A stretch of 46,553 nucleotides of DNA from Spirogloea muscicola. Its lineage: Eukaryota. How positions within the stretch are numbered: the first letter of the stretch is position 1; every line of letters starts with the position of its first letter. The stretch spans positions 245,647 to 292,199 of the forward strand of contig WELB01000004.1 in NCBI GenBank assembly GCA_009602725.1. Reading direction: 5' to 3'. Of this stretch, positions 24,867-36,418 are shown in pieces. Under the pieces are notes generated by a model. It saw only the letters and a program-made list of their open reading frames with translations. It was not told where the DNA came from and did no database searches. The position numbers and the translations under genes were made by a program.

Positions 24867-26633
24867 TCATCGGAATGCAGCATGGTCAAGGTTGGGCAGC
24901 AGCGAGAGCTGGTCGGGGCCCTGGTGTGCTGCGCTGCGACCGTCCATCTGCCGCCAGTACTCCTCGGGTTGCCGGTGCTCCTGGAGCCAGCTGTGCTCAG
25001 CGCCATTGCCGACGTTGCTGCCGCCCCATCCAACGCCACCGCTGCGAACCACAACATCGTGGATTGTTGGCGCCGCCTGCGACGAGCCCTGGTTGTACCA
25101 TGGTGCACTGCTCATGGCCGCTCCGCGGGACGAGGCGAGGAGGTCGGAGACAGCGCTGCTCTGCCATGACGACGGCGTCAGCGTGGTCTCCACCTGGCCG
25201 TGTGTTGCCGCCTGCTGCTGCTGCCGAGCATCCTCCTGCTGCCAGATGGCGGCGGGCGGCGGCTCGGGCTTGGAGGTGACCTCGCTGCCCATCTGCATGA
25301 GCGATGCCGAGACACCAAGGTGCTGAGAAGCGCTGGCCTCCCGCAAGTCCGCAGATGTCACCTTGCCATTGCAGCCGCCGCCATCCTGCTGGTGATCGCC
25401 GGCGAGTGCAGGGGGCAGGCGTGCCAGGCCCGGGAAGTTGATCTGCGCCTTGTCACCCCGCAGCTTGATGGCCGCGCGGTCATACGCGCGCGCTGCAGCC
25501 ACGGGGCAGTCGAACGTGCCAAGCCACACGCGCGAGCGCTTCTGAGGGAACCGGATCTCTGCGACCCACTTGCCGCAGTGGCGCTGCCGCACGCCTCGGT
25601 ACATGTTCTTGGGCTTCTTGAGCCGGCTGTCGCCAGCGCTGACCGACACCACGCCGGTGCTCGCCGCCCCCGCTGCAGCCACCTTGAGCCCGCTAGCTTC
25701 ACCACCGACAGATGCCGCCGCCATGGCCGACCGCGGGCTGCTGCCGCCCACAAAGTTGAGCGTGGCAGAGAAGCCAGCCTGCGGCGAGTGCTGCTGCTGC
25801 TGCTGTGGCTGCCACTGCTGCACGCCATTGGCGGCGGATGCAGCGGCTGCCTTTGCAAGCTTGCTCTGGAGCTCCGCCTGCTGCCACGCCCGCCACATGG
25901 AGTCTGTGGCGTCCACGGGCGCCGAGCCGTTGGCGCGCCCTGTGCCGGCAAGGCCGCCTGGCGAGGCCCACGCCATGTCCTGCTGGGCGCCGCCCCAGGG
26001 GCGGCCCTGGCCGCCCTGCTGCAGCTGCGCTGCAGCGAGCACGCCGCGCTTGGTGTCATCAGCGCCTGCAGAGCCAGCTTCCTGGTGGTGCGGTCCCGAG
26101 CCGGACGACCCGGAGCTCTCGCTGCCGTTGCTCGCCGACGCGTCGGCACCGTTGCCGTGGTGGTGCTCGTCGTTGCCGGCCGCTGTGAGCATGCGGGAGT
26201 TGCGCATGACCAGGCTGCCCTTCTCGAAGCCGAGGGAGGTGATGCCGCCGTCGACGGCGCCCGAGCCGGCCGCCGTCGCCGCCGCCGCCGCCGCCTGCTG
26301 CGACATCTGGTACGTGAGCCCGCTGGTGCTCGACGTGTTGGTGGCGTCGGCTGCCGGCGACTGCCGCTGCTTCGCCTGTCGCTGGTAGTCGGCCTGCAGG
26401 CGCCACTGCCAGCTCTCGTCCAGCTGCGACGGCGGCTGCTGCTGCAGCGGCGGCGGCGGCGGCGGCGGCGGCTGCGGCGGCTTGTACGCGGAGCTGAAGA
26501 CGTGCTGGCCGAGCGAGAAGACGTCGGGGAGGAGCCACTGCGTCGTCGCGGGGCTGCCGAGCGAGTCCATGGCCGCGAGCGTGGCGGGCGCGGCGGCCAT
26601 GGAGGGGGGGTTCTCCGGGGCCTCTGCCGGCAT
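24867..26633 (-). CDS. AP2/ERF transcription factor, DREB-type (group I/A-6-like), apparently intronless, ~588 aa
   Basis: Open frame from ATG 26633 to stop 24867. AP2 domain at 25601-25431: [57 protein letters not shown]. Flanks are Q/A/P-rich. An N gap directly upstream leaves the start uncertain. Confidence 0.9.
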   Translation of the reverse strand: MPAEAPENPPSMAAAPATLAAMDSLGSPATTQWLLPDVFSLGQHVFSSAYKPPQPPPPPPPPLQQQPPSQLDESWQWRLQADYQRQAKQRQSPAADATNTSSTSGLTYQMSQQAAAAAATAAGSGAVDGGITSLGFEKGSLVMRNSRMLTAAGNDEHHHGNGADASASNGSESSGSSGSGPHHQEAGSAGADDTKRGVLAAAQLQQGGQGRPWGGAQQDMAWASPGGLAGTGRANGSAPVDATDSMWRAWQQAELQSKLAKAAAASAANGVQQWQPQQQQQHSPQAGFSATLNFVGGSSPRSAMAAASVGGEASGLKVAAAGAASTGVVSVSAGDSRLKKPKNMYRGVRQRHCGKWVAEIRFPQKRSRVWLGTFDCPVAAARAYDRAAIKLRGDKAQINFPGLARLPPALAGDHQQDGGGCNGKVTSADLREASASQHLGVSASLMQMGSEVTSKPEPPPAAIWQQEDARQQQQAATHGQVETTLTPSSWQSSAVSDLLASSRGAAMSSAPWYNQGSSQAAPTIHDVVVRSGGVGWGGSNVGNGAEHSWLQEHRQPEEYWRQMDGRSAAHQGPDQLSLLPNLDHAAFR

Positions 26634-26663
26634 CCGCGCGCGGCGGCGGAGGCGGCGGCGGCG

Positions 26664-26771
26664 NNNNNNNNNNNNNNNNNNNNNNNNNNNNNNNNNNNNN
26701 NNNNNNNNNNNNNNNNNNNNNNNNNNNNNNNNNNNNNNNNNNNNNNNNNNNNNNNNNNNNNNNNNNNNNNN
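26664..26771. other. Assembly gap (N run); a smaller gap lies at 15511-15524
   Basis: N characters flanked by G/C-rich low-complexity sequence. Confidence 0.95.
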
Positions 26772-28079
26772 GAGGGGGGGAGGAGGGAGGCGGGGGGGCG
26801 GGGAGGATCTGGGCAGGCCGCGGGGCGGTCCGATTCGTTCGGCGGGTGCGGGGCCCGCGCGCGGGCGACCCGCTCTGCGCCAATGGAAATCGTCGCAGGG
26901 GCGTCGCCTGCGCGCCCCGCGCGGTCCGATCGGGCGGGGTGCGATCGCCCGTCGCGATCGTCGATCGGGCGGCCCTCGCGGCGCCATCCGGCTTTGGGCT
27001 GCCCGTCGCGGCTCAATGATTGCCGCCGCTTGGTGCCGCATTGGCGCCTGGCACCGGCCGATCGATCGCTTGGGGGGCGGGGGCTGACGGGCGCGCACGA
27101 TTGGGAGTGGTGGCGGCCAGGTGGGCGGGAGGCGACGACGCCCGATCCGATCGCATTCGTGGCTCCACCGGATGGTATCGCCCACACTACCATCACCAAC
27201 TTGCCCGATCGTTGCCGCGCTTATCTTGTTCTCCGGGGGCGGGTGGGGGCGACACACCATCACCAACCCAGGGAGGAGGACTTGGCGCGCGCGCGCGGTG
27301 CGCATGGAACGATAGGGTGGCCATGTAGTTCAATTCACTGTTCAGCCAGCCAAAAGCCATTGTGCAGTGGTCACATGGAACGAAGCCCCCAAGCTAAGGT
27401 GGCTAGGGTGGGTACTAACTACTGTTACATTGTTACTTTAGCCGAGCACATAGAATTGCGAAAAGGCAAAACCACGGAACCCACGTCCCACCGTAAGGGC
27501 TCGTTCCTTGAAATGAACAGCGCATGCCTATGAAGGAAACAGCGCCTCCCTACAGCCAGCGGCGGGGCTCCGCTGGCCCCGCCTCCGCCGGAGGCTCGCC
27601 GGCCTAGCGGCGAGGAGGGCGCTGCCCCTGGCGCCGGGCCCGCCCCGCGCCACGCCGAGCAAGCCACACCGCCCGCGCCTCCCGCGGGCCACCGACGAGG
27701 CGGCAAGCAGTGTCGCGAGGCGCGCGTCTGGCGCCGCATGTCAGGTAAGCGAGCCGGACCATGCCGAGGACCCGCACGGGCTCCTGGTGTCGGCCCCTGA
27801 CGGGGAGGGAGGCAACTTGCGGATCCCCGCCAGCCCACACGCGGGAGGGCGCCACTGAGGTGGAATAGCGGGCCTGGCTGACGACAGGCTGTGCCGCCTA
27901 CTCTGCTCGTGGCGGAGTGGTCCGCTGGGCAAGACTTGCAGGTGCCTGGCGTATGTGTGCTGGCCAGCTGGCCTAGTGGCCAGGTGGACGTGTGCCAGTG
28001 GCAGCAGAAGCGAGAGGCTTCCCGCTAACAGGGGTGGAGTCGCCAGGCCGCGGAAGCAGGCCGCGGTCAGTGGCTGTTG

Positions 28080-28710
28080 AGGTCAAGAAGAAAGAGAGAA
28101 GGGCTCGCCCATTGAGGATAGGGGCTGGAAAAGCCAGCCCAAAAAAGTATGAACAAAGTACGAAGAAAGGGCTCGCCCAAGAAGCAGTCCTTCATTAGGG
28201 GCGATGGTTGTGAAAAGCCAGCCCAAAAAAGAATGACAATAAAGTTTCGCTCTGGCTCTCGAAAGGGGGATAGCTTTCTGGCAGCTAGTTTGTCGGATCT
28301 GAGGCTCCTCACTCGTAACTACTGAGTGCTCCATCCTCCCCCTGATCTGACATAGCATTGTCCGACCCATTTTGTAGCTGCTACACCCTTGTAGGCCCCT
28401 CCGAACCTTTGTCCATTCTTTTTGGGCCTGGCTTTCCGCAGCCCTTGCCCCCATTGGGAGTGCCACTTCTTCTCGAAAGTCATGGCATTGTCCAGGGTTG
28501 AAGTTGTTGCTTCGCTATCTCCGTGGGCTGGCTTATCACAGGCCTTGCCACCATTTGGAGAGCCACTTTCTATCTCCGAAGGGGAGTCACACGTCTGAGG
28601 AAGGAAGAGACCTTGGCTCCCCTCAACAGAAGAAGTGGCTCTTCCAATAGGGCGAAGGGCTGTGAGAAGCCAGCCAAAAAATAGTTGACAAGGGTCGAAG
28701 GGCCAAACTA
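28080..28710. mobile_element. Mixed-orientation cluster of RLE-element 3' ends and modules
   Basis: Minus-strand modules at ~28100-28160, ~28198-28240 and ~28633-28705. Plus-strand ORF end LAASLSDLRLLTRNY* at ~28275-28326, with modules at ~28423 and ~28525. Confidence 0.75.
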
Positions 28711-28847
28711 TGAAGTGGCCAGAAGTGTTGAATGTAGTGGTGAATCAGTGGGCTGGGCTAGTCACCCATCCCGTCCGTCCTGTTGGGCCGATGAGAGTCT
28801 CTCCAGATAAGGGAGGCCCTGGCATATTTTTGGCCCGAGCGATCTCG

Positions 28848-29050
28848 CCGGCTCTGTGCGCGGCTAGGCGGCGATGTGTGCGCGGCGGCTCTGTGTGAGG
28901 CTAGGCGGCGCTGTGTGCGCGGCGGCTTTGTGTGAGGCTAGGCGGCGCTGTGTGCGCGGCGGCTCTGTGTGCGGCTAGGCGGCTCTGTGTGCGGTCAGGC
29001 GGAGCTGTGTGCTCGCCTGCTCTGTGTGCGACTAGGCGGAGCTTTGTGCT
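28848..29050 (+). repeat. Minisatellite of alternating ~15-bp and ~20-bp units (ggcggc(t/g)ctgtgtg[c/aggcta])
   Basis: About ten degenerate ggcggctctgtgtgc(ggcta) units read directly. Confidence 0.85.
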
Positions 29051-29264
29051 ACTGTGGACTTTGTGTATCATCAGACTATATTCTGTATGTTACCATGAGC
29101 AGATCTGCGTCTGCACCGCCGAGACAAGGGCGGTCTAACAGTCCTCCAGAGAGGAGCAAACGTGCAATGGAGGACTCTGACTGGAGGAGAGAAGAAGTGA
29201 AGTTTGATGAATGTGAACGAGAGGAGCATCATCGGAAGCAGCCAGAGCAGAAAATTGTCAAGAA

Positions 29265-29690
29265 GAGGTGGCTCTCCCAATGGGGGCAAGGGCTGTGGAA
29301 AAAATAGCCCGAAAAGAATTGACAAGGGTTCGAAGGTGCCAACAAATGACGGAGGGGCCTAAAGCGCTATGTCAGAACGGGTGTAGATGGACCACTCAGT
29401 AGCAACGAGTGAGGAGCCTCAAATCTGACAGACTAGCTGCCGGAAAATAATCTTCCTGACGAAGACCAGAGGCTGCAGCGAGAGCACGGCCAGCACGCAG
29501 ATGCAAGGCGTGGGCCAAGGACCGCTGGAGGGCATGCGATAGACCTGGGCCCACGAGCCAGCGGCGTTGAAGTCAGCCGGCTCACCTCGCCTGCGGGAAA
29601 CAGCGCGCCGTGCAAGCCTGGCCAGAAGGTCGAGGCACTGGGACCCGAGAGCCCCGTGCACATCCACGGCCAGGCATACGAACTCGTCCC
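29265..29690 (-). mobile_element. 5'-truncated RLE non-LTR retrotransposon copy
   Basis: DEFVCLAVDVHGALGSQCLDLLARLARRAVSRRRGEPADFNAAGSWAQVYRM, a frameshift, then ALHLRAGRALAAASG...FPAASLSDLRLLTRCY*, followed by the UTR and a module at ~29335-29268. Confidence 0.8.
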
Positions 29691-31064
29691 AGAAGCGCAA
29701 TTCAAAAGAGGGGTAGGAAGAATTACTCAATAGCAACGAGAGAGCCCCCTAACAGGCACTGGCTCTAAGGAGCCACCCGAGTGAATCGAGAGGGAGAACC
29801 TTCAAGAAGATACCTTGTCCATTATTTTCGGGTTGACCTTCTACAGCCCTCGCCCTCTCTGCACGACATAACTCTTCCTCTCAAGAGAAATAATTTAAAG
29901 GGGGCGGTGTCAGTGGGCAGCCCCGAAGAAGGTCCGAATGGGCCGGAAATCGCTTGAAGGACAGCCACTTTTGGATTTAGAAAACGTCAATGTCAAATGC
30001 CAGCCCAGATTGACAGGACAAGGTCATGGGTGAAGCCCCAACGCAGTTTGCAACCCATTCAGATACAAGTGGCTACTACGAATCACTAGTAGCTCACCCA
30101 AATACACAAAAAGAACTGTAGCAGCGCCCGCATGCTGCCGTCTGGCGCAACAAGAGTTGGAATGCTGGTTGTCAGCTTGCTTGTCAGCTCGCCGTGTAGC
30201 TCCCTAGCTGTGTAGCTCGCCGCCCATGGCCTTGCTGCATGTTCGCTTGCCGCCGCTGCCGCGGCCAGCTTCGGCGTCTTCTGCTGCCCCAAAGCGTGTA
30301 GCAGTCGGTCCCTAGGACGCAGGTAAGAGGTGAACGCGTCCTGTTCAGGTTGAGTGCTTGGGGAAATTTTGACAACCACCCGCCAAAAGGAAGCACTCAA
30401 GCACAACGAAAGCCTGCCCTGTGACGCCGCCGCCACGCAGCTGCTCCACCTCCTGGGCACTCACCGCAGACTGCGGGACGCTGCCATGGTCTTCACAGCG
30501 AGCAGCCGGCAACGAGCCGCGCGGCAGAGGTCTGCAGCAGCAGGCAGCAGCAGGGCTGTGCCTCTCTCAGAGCTTTACGGACTCCCCATCTTCCGGTCAG
30601 GTCTCTGCTCTACATTTTCTGGTGCTTCTCCAAGCCATCCTCCCTCCAGGGTGCATGGGGGTCGATCCAAGGCCCGCCCCGTGAGGAGCGTGCCTGACGA
30701 CGGATGCACGGGCTGTCTCTACAGGCGCCACGTCGTCGAGCATTGGCCGAGGTCGAGCATGCCGCCAAGCATGTCCAAGGCCGAGCCTGCCGGGAGCATG
30801 CGAGGCCACTCCGGCAAGCCTGGACTAACAATATGAAACAAACTACAGCACTACTGCTCGGACGGCATGTAACGCCTGGCACGAGGCTAACGGCCATATA
30901 ATCTGGGTGAGTCCGGTGAATCTACCCACCACTATCTGAAGCGTGAAGCGTTAAAGGCATTGTTTGGCGCTCAAACCGCCGTGGAAATGTCACCGCAACT
31001 TGTTCGAGCACCTGACAGCAAGAAAGATATGATTCTTCAAGTGGACTCTGTCTGACTGCCTTTC

Positions 31065-31125
31065 TGTCAATTCTTTTCGGGCTGGCTTTTCACAGCCCTT
31101 GCCCCCATCGGGAGAGCCACCTTCT
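31065..31125 (+). repeat. Near-consensus stand-alone copy of the 3' module
   Basis: tgtcaattcttttcgggctggcttttcacagcccttgcccccatcgggagagccaccttcttcttc. Confidence 0.8.
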
Positions 31126-31676
31126 TCTTCCTTTGTTCCTGACAGCAACCAAGCAGATCTTCGGTTAGCCACGGGGGAAGAAACAGCTTCTTCAAGGTAA
31201 GGCAATGGCTGGGGAAGGCCATCTCAAAGACGAAAGGCTCTGCCCAAAGCATAACGTACAAGGTCTGAAAGGGCCGGAAGGCGCCATGAGTAACTGTGAG
31301 AGCCCACAATTTGTACAAGGTCTTGAAGATCGGATTAAGCAGAGGGCGGAAAAGCGTGGTGGACGAGGATGGAAAGAAGGAAGAACGAAAGAAGGGAGAA
31401 GGCGCGCGGTCCGCATGAAATAGAAGGAAGGCCAAGCAGGGCATTAGACCCTTGGGGTTTAAACACTGTCTATTTACTTTCTTCTGGAGCTGCAGATTCA
31501 GGCCACAAAACATTGTTCAGGCAAATTGGACGGCTTTAGCTGCCTGCGACTTACCACGACGGTCCCCTTTAACGGGAGTCACAGGACGCGAACTAGGTCT
31601 TCTGGTAGGGCTCAGGTCCGCCGCCGCCGCCGCCGCGGCCCCGCCTCCACGCCCCCGCCGCCGCCGCCGCCGCCAC

Positions 31677-31890
<214 letters not shown>

Positions 31891-32844
31891 CGGGCGCGGC
31901 GCGGCGACGAGGCCGCGCCCGCTGGCGCCAGCACCGGCGCCGGCGCTGGCAGCGATGCCGGACACTTCAGCCTCTTCGACGGCCTCCCCATGGCCGCGCT
32001 CGCGAGCAACGGCGGCGAGGCCAGGGCCAAGGCCAAGGGCCGAGACGGCAGAGCGGCGGCCGACGTCGCGGCGGCGGACCCCTCGCACAGCCTTGGGTAC
32101 GGCGCCGCCGGGGAGCAGGCCCGGCGCCCGTGGTACACGCTCGAGCCGCCCGTGGCGGCGACGGCGGTGCCCGAGCGGGCCGACGTCGGGAACGGCCGCG
32201 AGAAGGAGGTTAACGGCAGCAGCAGCGCCCGTCGCCCAGCTGCAGGTCTGTTAATTATTGCGTATCTCTTGCCACTTTTGGCCGGCCTGTTTGCGAATGT
32301 CGCCATGCACGCTGCCACAGCCGGCACCTCACGGCTCTTTCTCATGGCAAGCCAGCCACGCGCTTCTGCCAGTGGTTTGAGTGCTTGATGGCGGTGCTGG
32401 TCAGCTTGTGTTTTGTCGCTGGTGGTGCTCCGTAGTAGTAGTAGGACGCGCTCGAGGATGCACTTGCGCAACTCCTGCTCTGCCCTTGCACCTTTGCCAC
32501 GAAGCTAAGGTGCCTTGCCTGCGTAGAAGCAGGGGCTACGGTTCTGGAGGATCTGCTGGTCGGACTGATGATGACTGCTTTCGCTTCGATGGCCCGGTCT
32601 CATTCGCCTTTTCTTTGGCGTGCGCCTTCCAGCATTGAGCGACAGAAAAGTATCGAGGAAGCGGAAAACGGTGGACGAGCTGCGGGCAGAGAGGCTGCAG
32701 CGGGAGCAGCGAGAACGACAGAGGGCGCTCAGTGTCCTGGCAAGTGCATCACGGGCTACAGAAGGGGGTGCGCCGCCCAGTGTTGCCGCTTCGGCTCTCT
32801 CCAAAAAGCAGCGGTACAACTCCGCCTTCGGTTACGGCCGGTGA
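31891..32844 (+). CDS. LENG1-like (leukocyte receptor cluster member 1 homolog) protein; N-terminus falls in the gap
   Basis: Exons <31891-32245 and 32633-32844 (phase 1, GT-AG) give RARR..GHFSLFDG..SLGYGAAGEQARRPWYTLEP..KTVDELRAERLQREQRERQRA..KQRYNSAFG*. This matches the LENG1 motifs LG....PWY, S/T.D.LRAERL.RE..ER.RA and RYNS.F. Confidence 0.8.
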
Positions 32845-33474
32845 CAGCCAAGGCAGCACAAGACACTGTACCAAATTACTGTACATAAAACTGTATGCCC
32901 TGATTCACGGGCAAGCTTCACAGACTGGAAGCGGCAAAGATTGAGCGATCTGCGAGTGCATGAGGCAGACTTGTGCAGTAGTTTGCAGAAGGTGGGAGGG
33001 AGGGTCAACGATATTGCCGGTAGGTGAGGCTCTGCTAATGTCAAAGGAGGGCCTGGGAGTACCGATGAAGCCTGTTATTCTGATGGTACATGGAGGGTGC
33101 ACCTATATTCTGGGGACTCAGGCTAGCAGGCTCAGTATGCGCAACAGACAGAGTTGGACTGATTTACAGGCTGACAGTCTAGGGTTAATAGCGGACATTT
33201 GCTGCAAGCGAGAAGCAAGTGCAAGAGCTTGCACCAGCCAAGTGGAGGTGAGGTGAGAAACTGACTATTCTGACGAACATGGGCTATGTATCCAGTAGCA
33301 AGATGATCTGAGGGCTTCAGAGTCCCAAAAAGAGCAGTGAAAGAGGAGTGGGGTGTGGAATGTTTGCGCTGCCCATCATCTGTTTTCAAGGGGCCCTGCT
33401 ATGTCTTGCTTGTGTTTGTGGCTTCGCTTTTTAAATGCGCATAGCACAATGAGGAGTTCGAAAGAATGTGTACT

Positions 33475-33860
33475 TGAGATGCTCCCTCTTCTAGCATCTC
33501 ATTAACGACGACAGGGAGTTGGTGTAGAGAGAGTAAGGGACAGGGAGTTGGAAAAGAGGGTAGCAAACACTTATTTACAGATCAATAACATATAGAATCC
33601 AATAGTAAGAGTTTGATCAAGTCCGATGAACGAGGGAACTCAGGTTCCTACGGAACTCAGGTTCCTGCAGGGCAGACTTCTTCGCCTAGGCAGAGGACAC
33701 GAGTTGAGGGGCGGACTTTCACGTCACACCTGCCTAGGACAAGAAGTCGCCTGCGCCTAGGTGCTGGAGTGACTGCTCCATGATCTAGGGGCTCTGCCCA
33801 ATGCGGGCAGGATTCGTCATGCCGGGCTGTTCCCGATGCTACAGCTGCCATTAAATAACA
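33475..33860 (-). mobile_element. Possible solo LTR
   Basis: On the minus strand it begins TGTTAT and ends TCTCA (TG...CA). It contains a direct repeat (ggaactcaggttcct x2), inverted repeats (33476-33500, 33676-33748) and an AT/CT-rich 3' part. No matching target-site duplication was found. Confidence 0.3.
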
Positions 33861-34036
33861 AGGCCTAAGTGCCGACTTATTCTAGTGTTGGCATTGATGG
33901 TGGGCGTAGCGAGTAGCTACAACTTGCTACACCTAATGTGGTAATTTGGTAATGAGCGACGTCCCTGGCAGCCCAATGTGGGCCTTATAAGTTATGGGGG
34001 GGAGAGGGGAAAGAGGAAGGAGGACGTCTGGCGTGC

Positions 34037-35179
34037 TCAGCACATGCCGAGAATCTCGAAAAGGTCAGCGTCGCTGCGGACTACGTGCGAGACGGCTTCG
34101 CTGCTGGCTTCCTCGATGCTGCTGGACAAGGTGCTCAGGGAGGCCGTCAGTTGTCGCGAGTCGGTGGCTTGGCCTTTGCCGCCGGCCTGCGAGAGCGACT
34201 CGGTGGCCATCACGGCCAGCAGGAGCTCGGTGAAAAGCTGGGGGGAAGCGAGGATCTCCTCCTGCATCGCCGGGTCGAGGTGCGCGCTGAGCTCCTCGAT
34301 CGTGTAGCCCCCCAGCGGGCCGCCGTCGTCGCTGGCGCCGCCCTCGGACTCGGACGACACCGTGGCGGCGTCGCTGGATTGCCGGGCGACCGGCCGCGCC
34401 TCCTCCTCGGCCCCAACGCCCATGGCAGCGTGGCGGGCGCCGCGGCTGGCCGAGGAAGGGAAGGTGGCCATGCTGCTGCCGGCGGAGCTGGCGCTGCATG
34501 TGGGCGTCGTTGGGGGGTTCAGAGCCAGCGGCGGCTGCAGCTCAGGCACCGCCTCGGACGGCCACTGCCCGCCGCTGCGCCCGCAATTGCCGCTGGCCGT
34601 CCGAGTGGCCGGCGTCAGCGGCGGCATGTCCAGCCAGGCCTCGAGCCAGTGCAAGTCGGCGGCCTGCGGCGGCGCCGCCGCTGCAGCGGCGTCCTCGTCC
34701 ATCTTCACGGCGCTGCCGTTGACGTTGCCGACCACCCCCTCGACGGCGCTCTTGCCCGGCTCGGCGTGCAGCGCGGGCCCGGCTTTGGCTGCGGCCGCGT
34801 GCTGGAGCTGGCGGGCGGCGGCCTCGTACGCGGCGACGGCCTCGTCCGGCGTGTCGAAGGTGCCCAGCCAGTGGCGCGACCGCTTCCCGGGGATGCGGAT
34901 CTCGGCCACCCACTTGCCCCAGTGCCGCTGCCGCACGCCCGGGTACGCCGCCGTCACGGCGTGCTTCTCCCGCTTCTTGCGCAGCAGCTTGCGCGCCCGC
35001 AGCGCCGCCGCCGCGGCGGCGGCATTGCCGCTGGCAGCGGCGGAGGCGCCGCCGCCGGAGAGCACCTCGACGCAGCCCCAGGCGGCGGCCTGCATGGCGG
35101 GCGTGAGGTACGGCAGCGGGCGGTCCAGCGGGAGGGGCCCGCGGGGGCGGACCTCGCGGTAGCACACCACGGCGGCCAT
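34037..35179 (-). CDS. AP2/ERF transcription factor, DREB-like with a degenerate C-terminal end of the AP2 domain, intronless, ~380 aa
   Basis: ATG 35179 to stop 34037. A basic patch [12 protein letters not shown] precedes [48 protein letters not shown], followed by an acidic C-terminus. Confidence 0.88.
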   Translation of the reverse strand: MAAVVCYREVRPRGPLPLDRPLPYLTPAMQAAAWGCVEVLSGGGASAAASGNAAAAAAALRARKLLRKKREKHAVTAAYPGVRQRHWGKWVAEIRIPGKRSRHWLGTFDTPDEAVAAYEAAARQLQHAAAAKAGPALHAEPGKSAVEGVVGNVNGSAVKMDEDAAAAAAPPQAADLHWLEAWLDMPPLTPATRTASGNCGRSGGQWPSEAVPELQPPLALNPPTTPTCSASSAGSSMATFPSSASRGARHAAMGVGAEEEARPVARQSSDAATVSSESEGGASDDGGPLGGYTIEELSAHLDPAMQEEILASPQLFTELLLAVMATESLSQAGGKGQATDSRQLTASLSTLSSSIEEASSEAVSHVVRSDADLFEILGMC

Positions 35180-35479
35180 GGCGTCGGGGCGGCGGCGGCG
35201 GCGCTGGGAGTGGGGGGGGAAGGAGGCGGCGGGAGGCCAGCCCCCAGGCCGGTGCCGGCGCGGAGATACGGGCGGGCGGCTGCCGCGCGAGCCCTGCGCG
35301 CCATGATGCCACGCCACCTTGCCGTTCCCGCGCCTGTGCTCTCACGGTGTTGGCTCTTCGCAGCCCTCGAGCCCCCATTTGGAGCATTTGGAACATTTGG
35401 AGTTTTTGGAGCATTCGGAGCAGCTGCGGCCTCTCCTCCGACTCGCAGCAGTCACGGAAAGCTTCTCTCGTGTTGCTGG

Positions 35480-35750
35480 CGCCTTCCGGCCCTCTTAAAT
35501 CTTGGTCATCTCGTCTGGGCTGGCCTCTCACAGCTATTGCCAGTTGGTGGCAGAAGGGCTTGGAATTCGCCACCCGGTATCCACGCATCGACTGGCGACC
35601 TCTATGTGCTGACCCGTGGTTACTGAGCGGGTCGATAATGTACGTCATCAGATGTGCTTGCCGCTGTACTTGGCCACTTTGGCCCTCCAATTTCCCATCC
35701 ACGCAAATCTCTTTGCGTTGCATTGGAAGAGCTATTTCATGTCTTCTCCT
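35480..35750 (+). mobile_element. 5'-truncated RLE retrotransposon copy inserted upstream of AP2 gene 3
   Basis: Module gggctggcctctcacagc at ~35517, then VGGRRA..HASTGDLYVLTRGY* (stop 35626) and the shared UTR atgtgcttgcc..tacttggccac. A 9-bp tandem repeat (tttggagca x5) lies just left at ~35378-35422. Confidence 0.75.
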
Positions 35751-36057
35751 CTACCGACGCGCGGGGCGCAGCCCGCCCGCCCGGCAGAGGCTCCGTCAGC
35801 CCGCCCGTGGCGGTCGCGGCCCGCACGGCAGCCCCGGGAGTCCCTCCGCGCCGCCGGGCTGGGAGGCGGTGNTCGGGGGCCTCACCCCCACCCCCCCCCC
35901 CGCCCATGCCCTGCTCGTCACAGAAGCGGCGCTTCCCGCCAACCAGTGCCCGCCGAACCGCCGCGCCGCGCCGGGGACTTGCCGCCCGCACCTGCTCGGA
36001 ACGGGCTTGCCTCCTTGTGGCCCAATCAACGATCGGCACGCGGTAGATGTTTGAGAG

Positions 36058-36418
36058 CACGTGCACGGCGGAGCCTGGGCTTTGCGCTGAAAGCCCCTGG
36101 ATCTGGCCCCTGGGCACCACATTGTGATTAGATATCGTGCTCCTGCGCTGCCTTGAACCACAGAGTGGACAAGAGGGCCCCGGCAAGCGGGTACCTGCGC
36201 TCCCCGGGGACAGCAGTAGGACGTCCCATTACACAGCTCACCCGCCCTAGCCGCAGACCCTACCTGCCATGCTGATATTGCGGGCACGTGAGACACCCTG
36301 CGACAAACAGAGAGCCTCCCTGTCGTCATATCAGATCCAGTAACGACGCGGGAGGACGTCACGTGGAGGCGCCAGCTTGTTTCCTGGCAATGGGCGACGT
36401 GGAGGCACAGCACACGTC
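36058..36418. promoter_or_regulatory. G-box/ACGT cluster upstream of AP2 gene 3
   Basis: CACGTG at 36058, 36285 and 36360, plus GACGTC (~36220, 36355), GACGTGG (~36396) and CACGTC (~36413). Confidence 0.4.

Noticed and set aside
25200..27533. Long ORFs overlapping the AP2 genes (e.g. 25200-27533 +, 25358-27199 -, 34085-35626 +, 15399-16283 -)
   Set aside because: They are shadow frames of GC-rich coding DNA with few stops, low-complexity R/A/G/P translations and no domain motifs, and some run through N gaps.
30080..30960. Moderately GC-rich short ORFs
   Set aside because: No recognisable domain or coherent exon structure, so a gene call cannot be supported.
31065..31125. Hammerhead or HDV ribozyme reading of the 3' module (antisense CTGTGA...GAAA)
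   Set aside because: The core is CUGUGA, not CUGANGA, the stems do not flank the core correctly, and I could not build the HDV double-pseudoknot topology.
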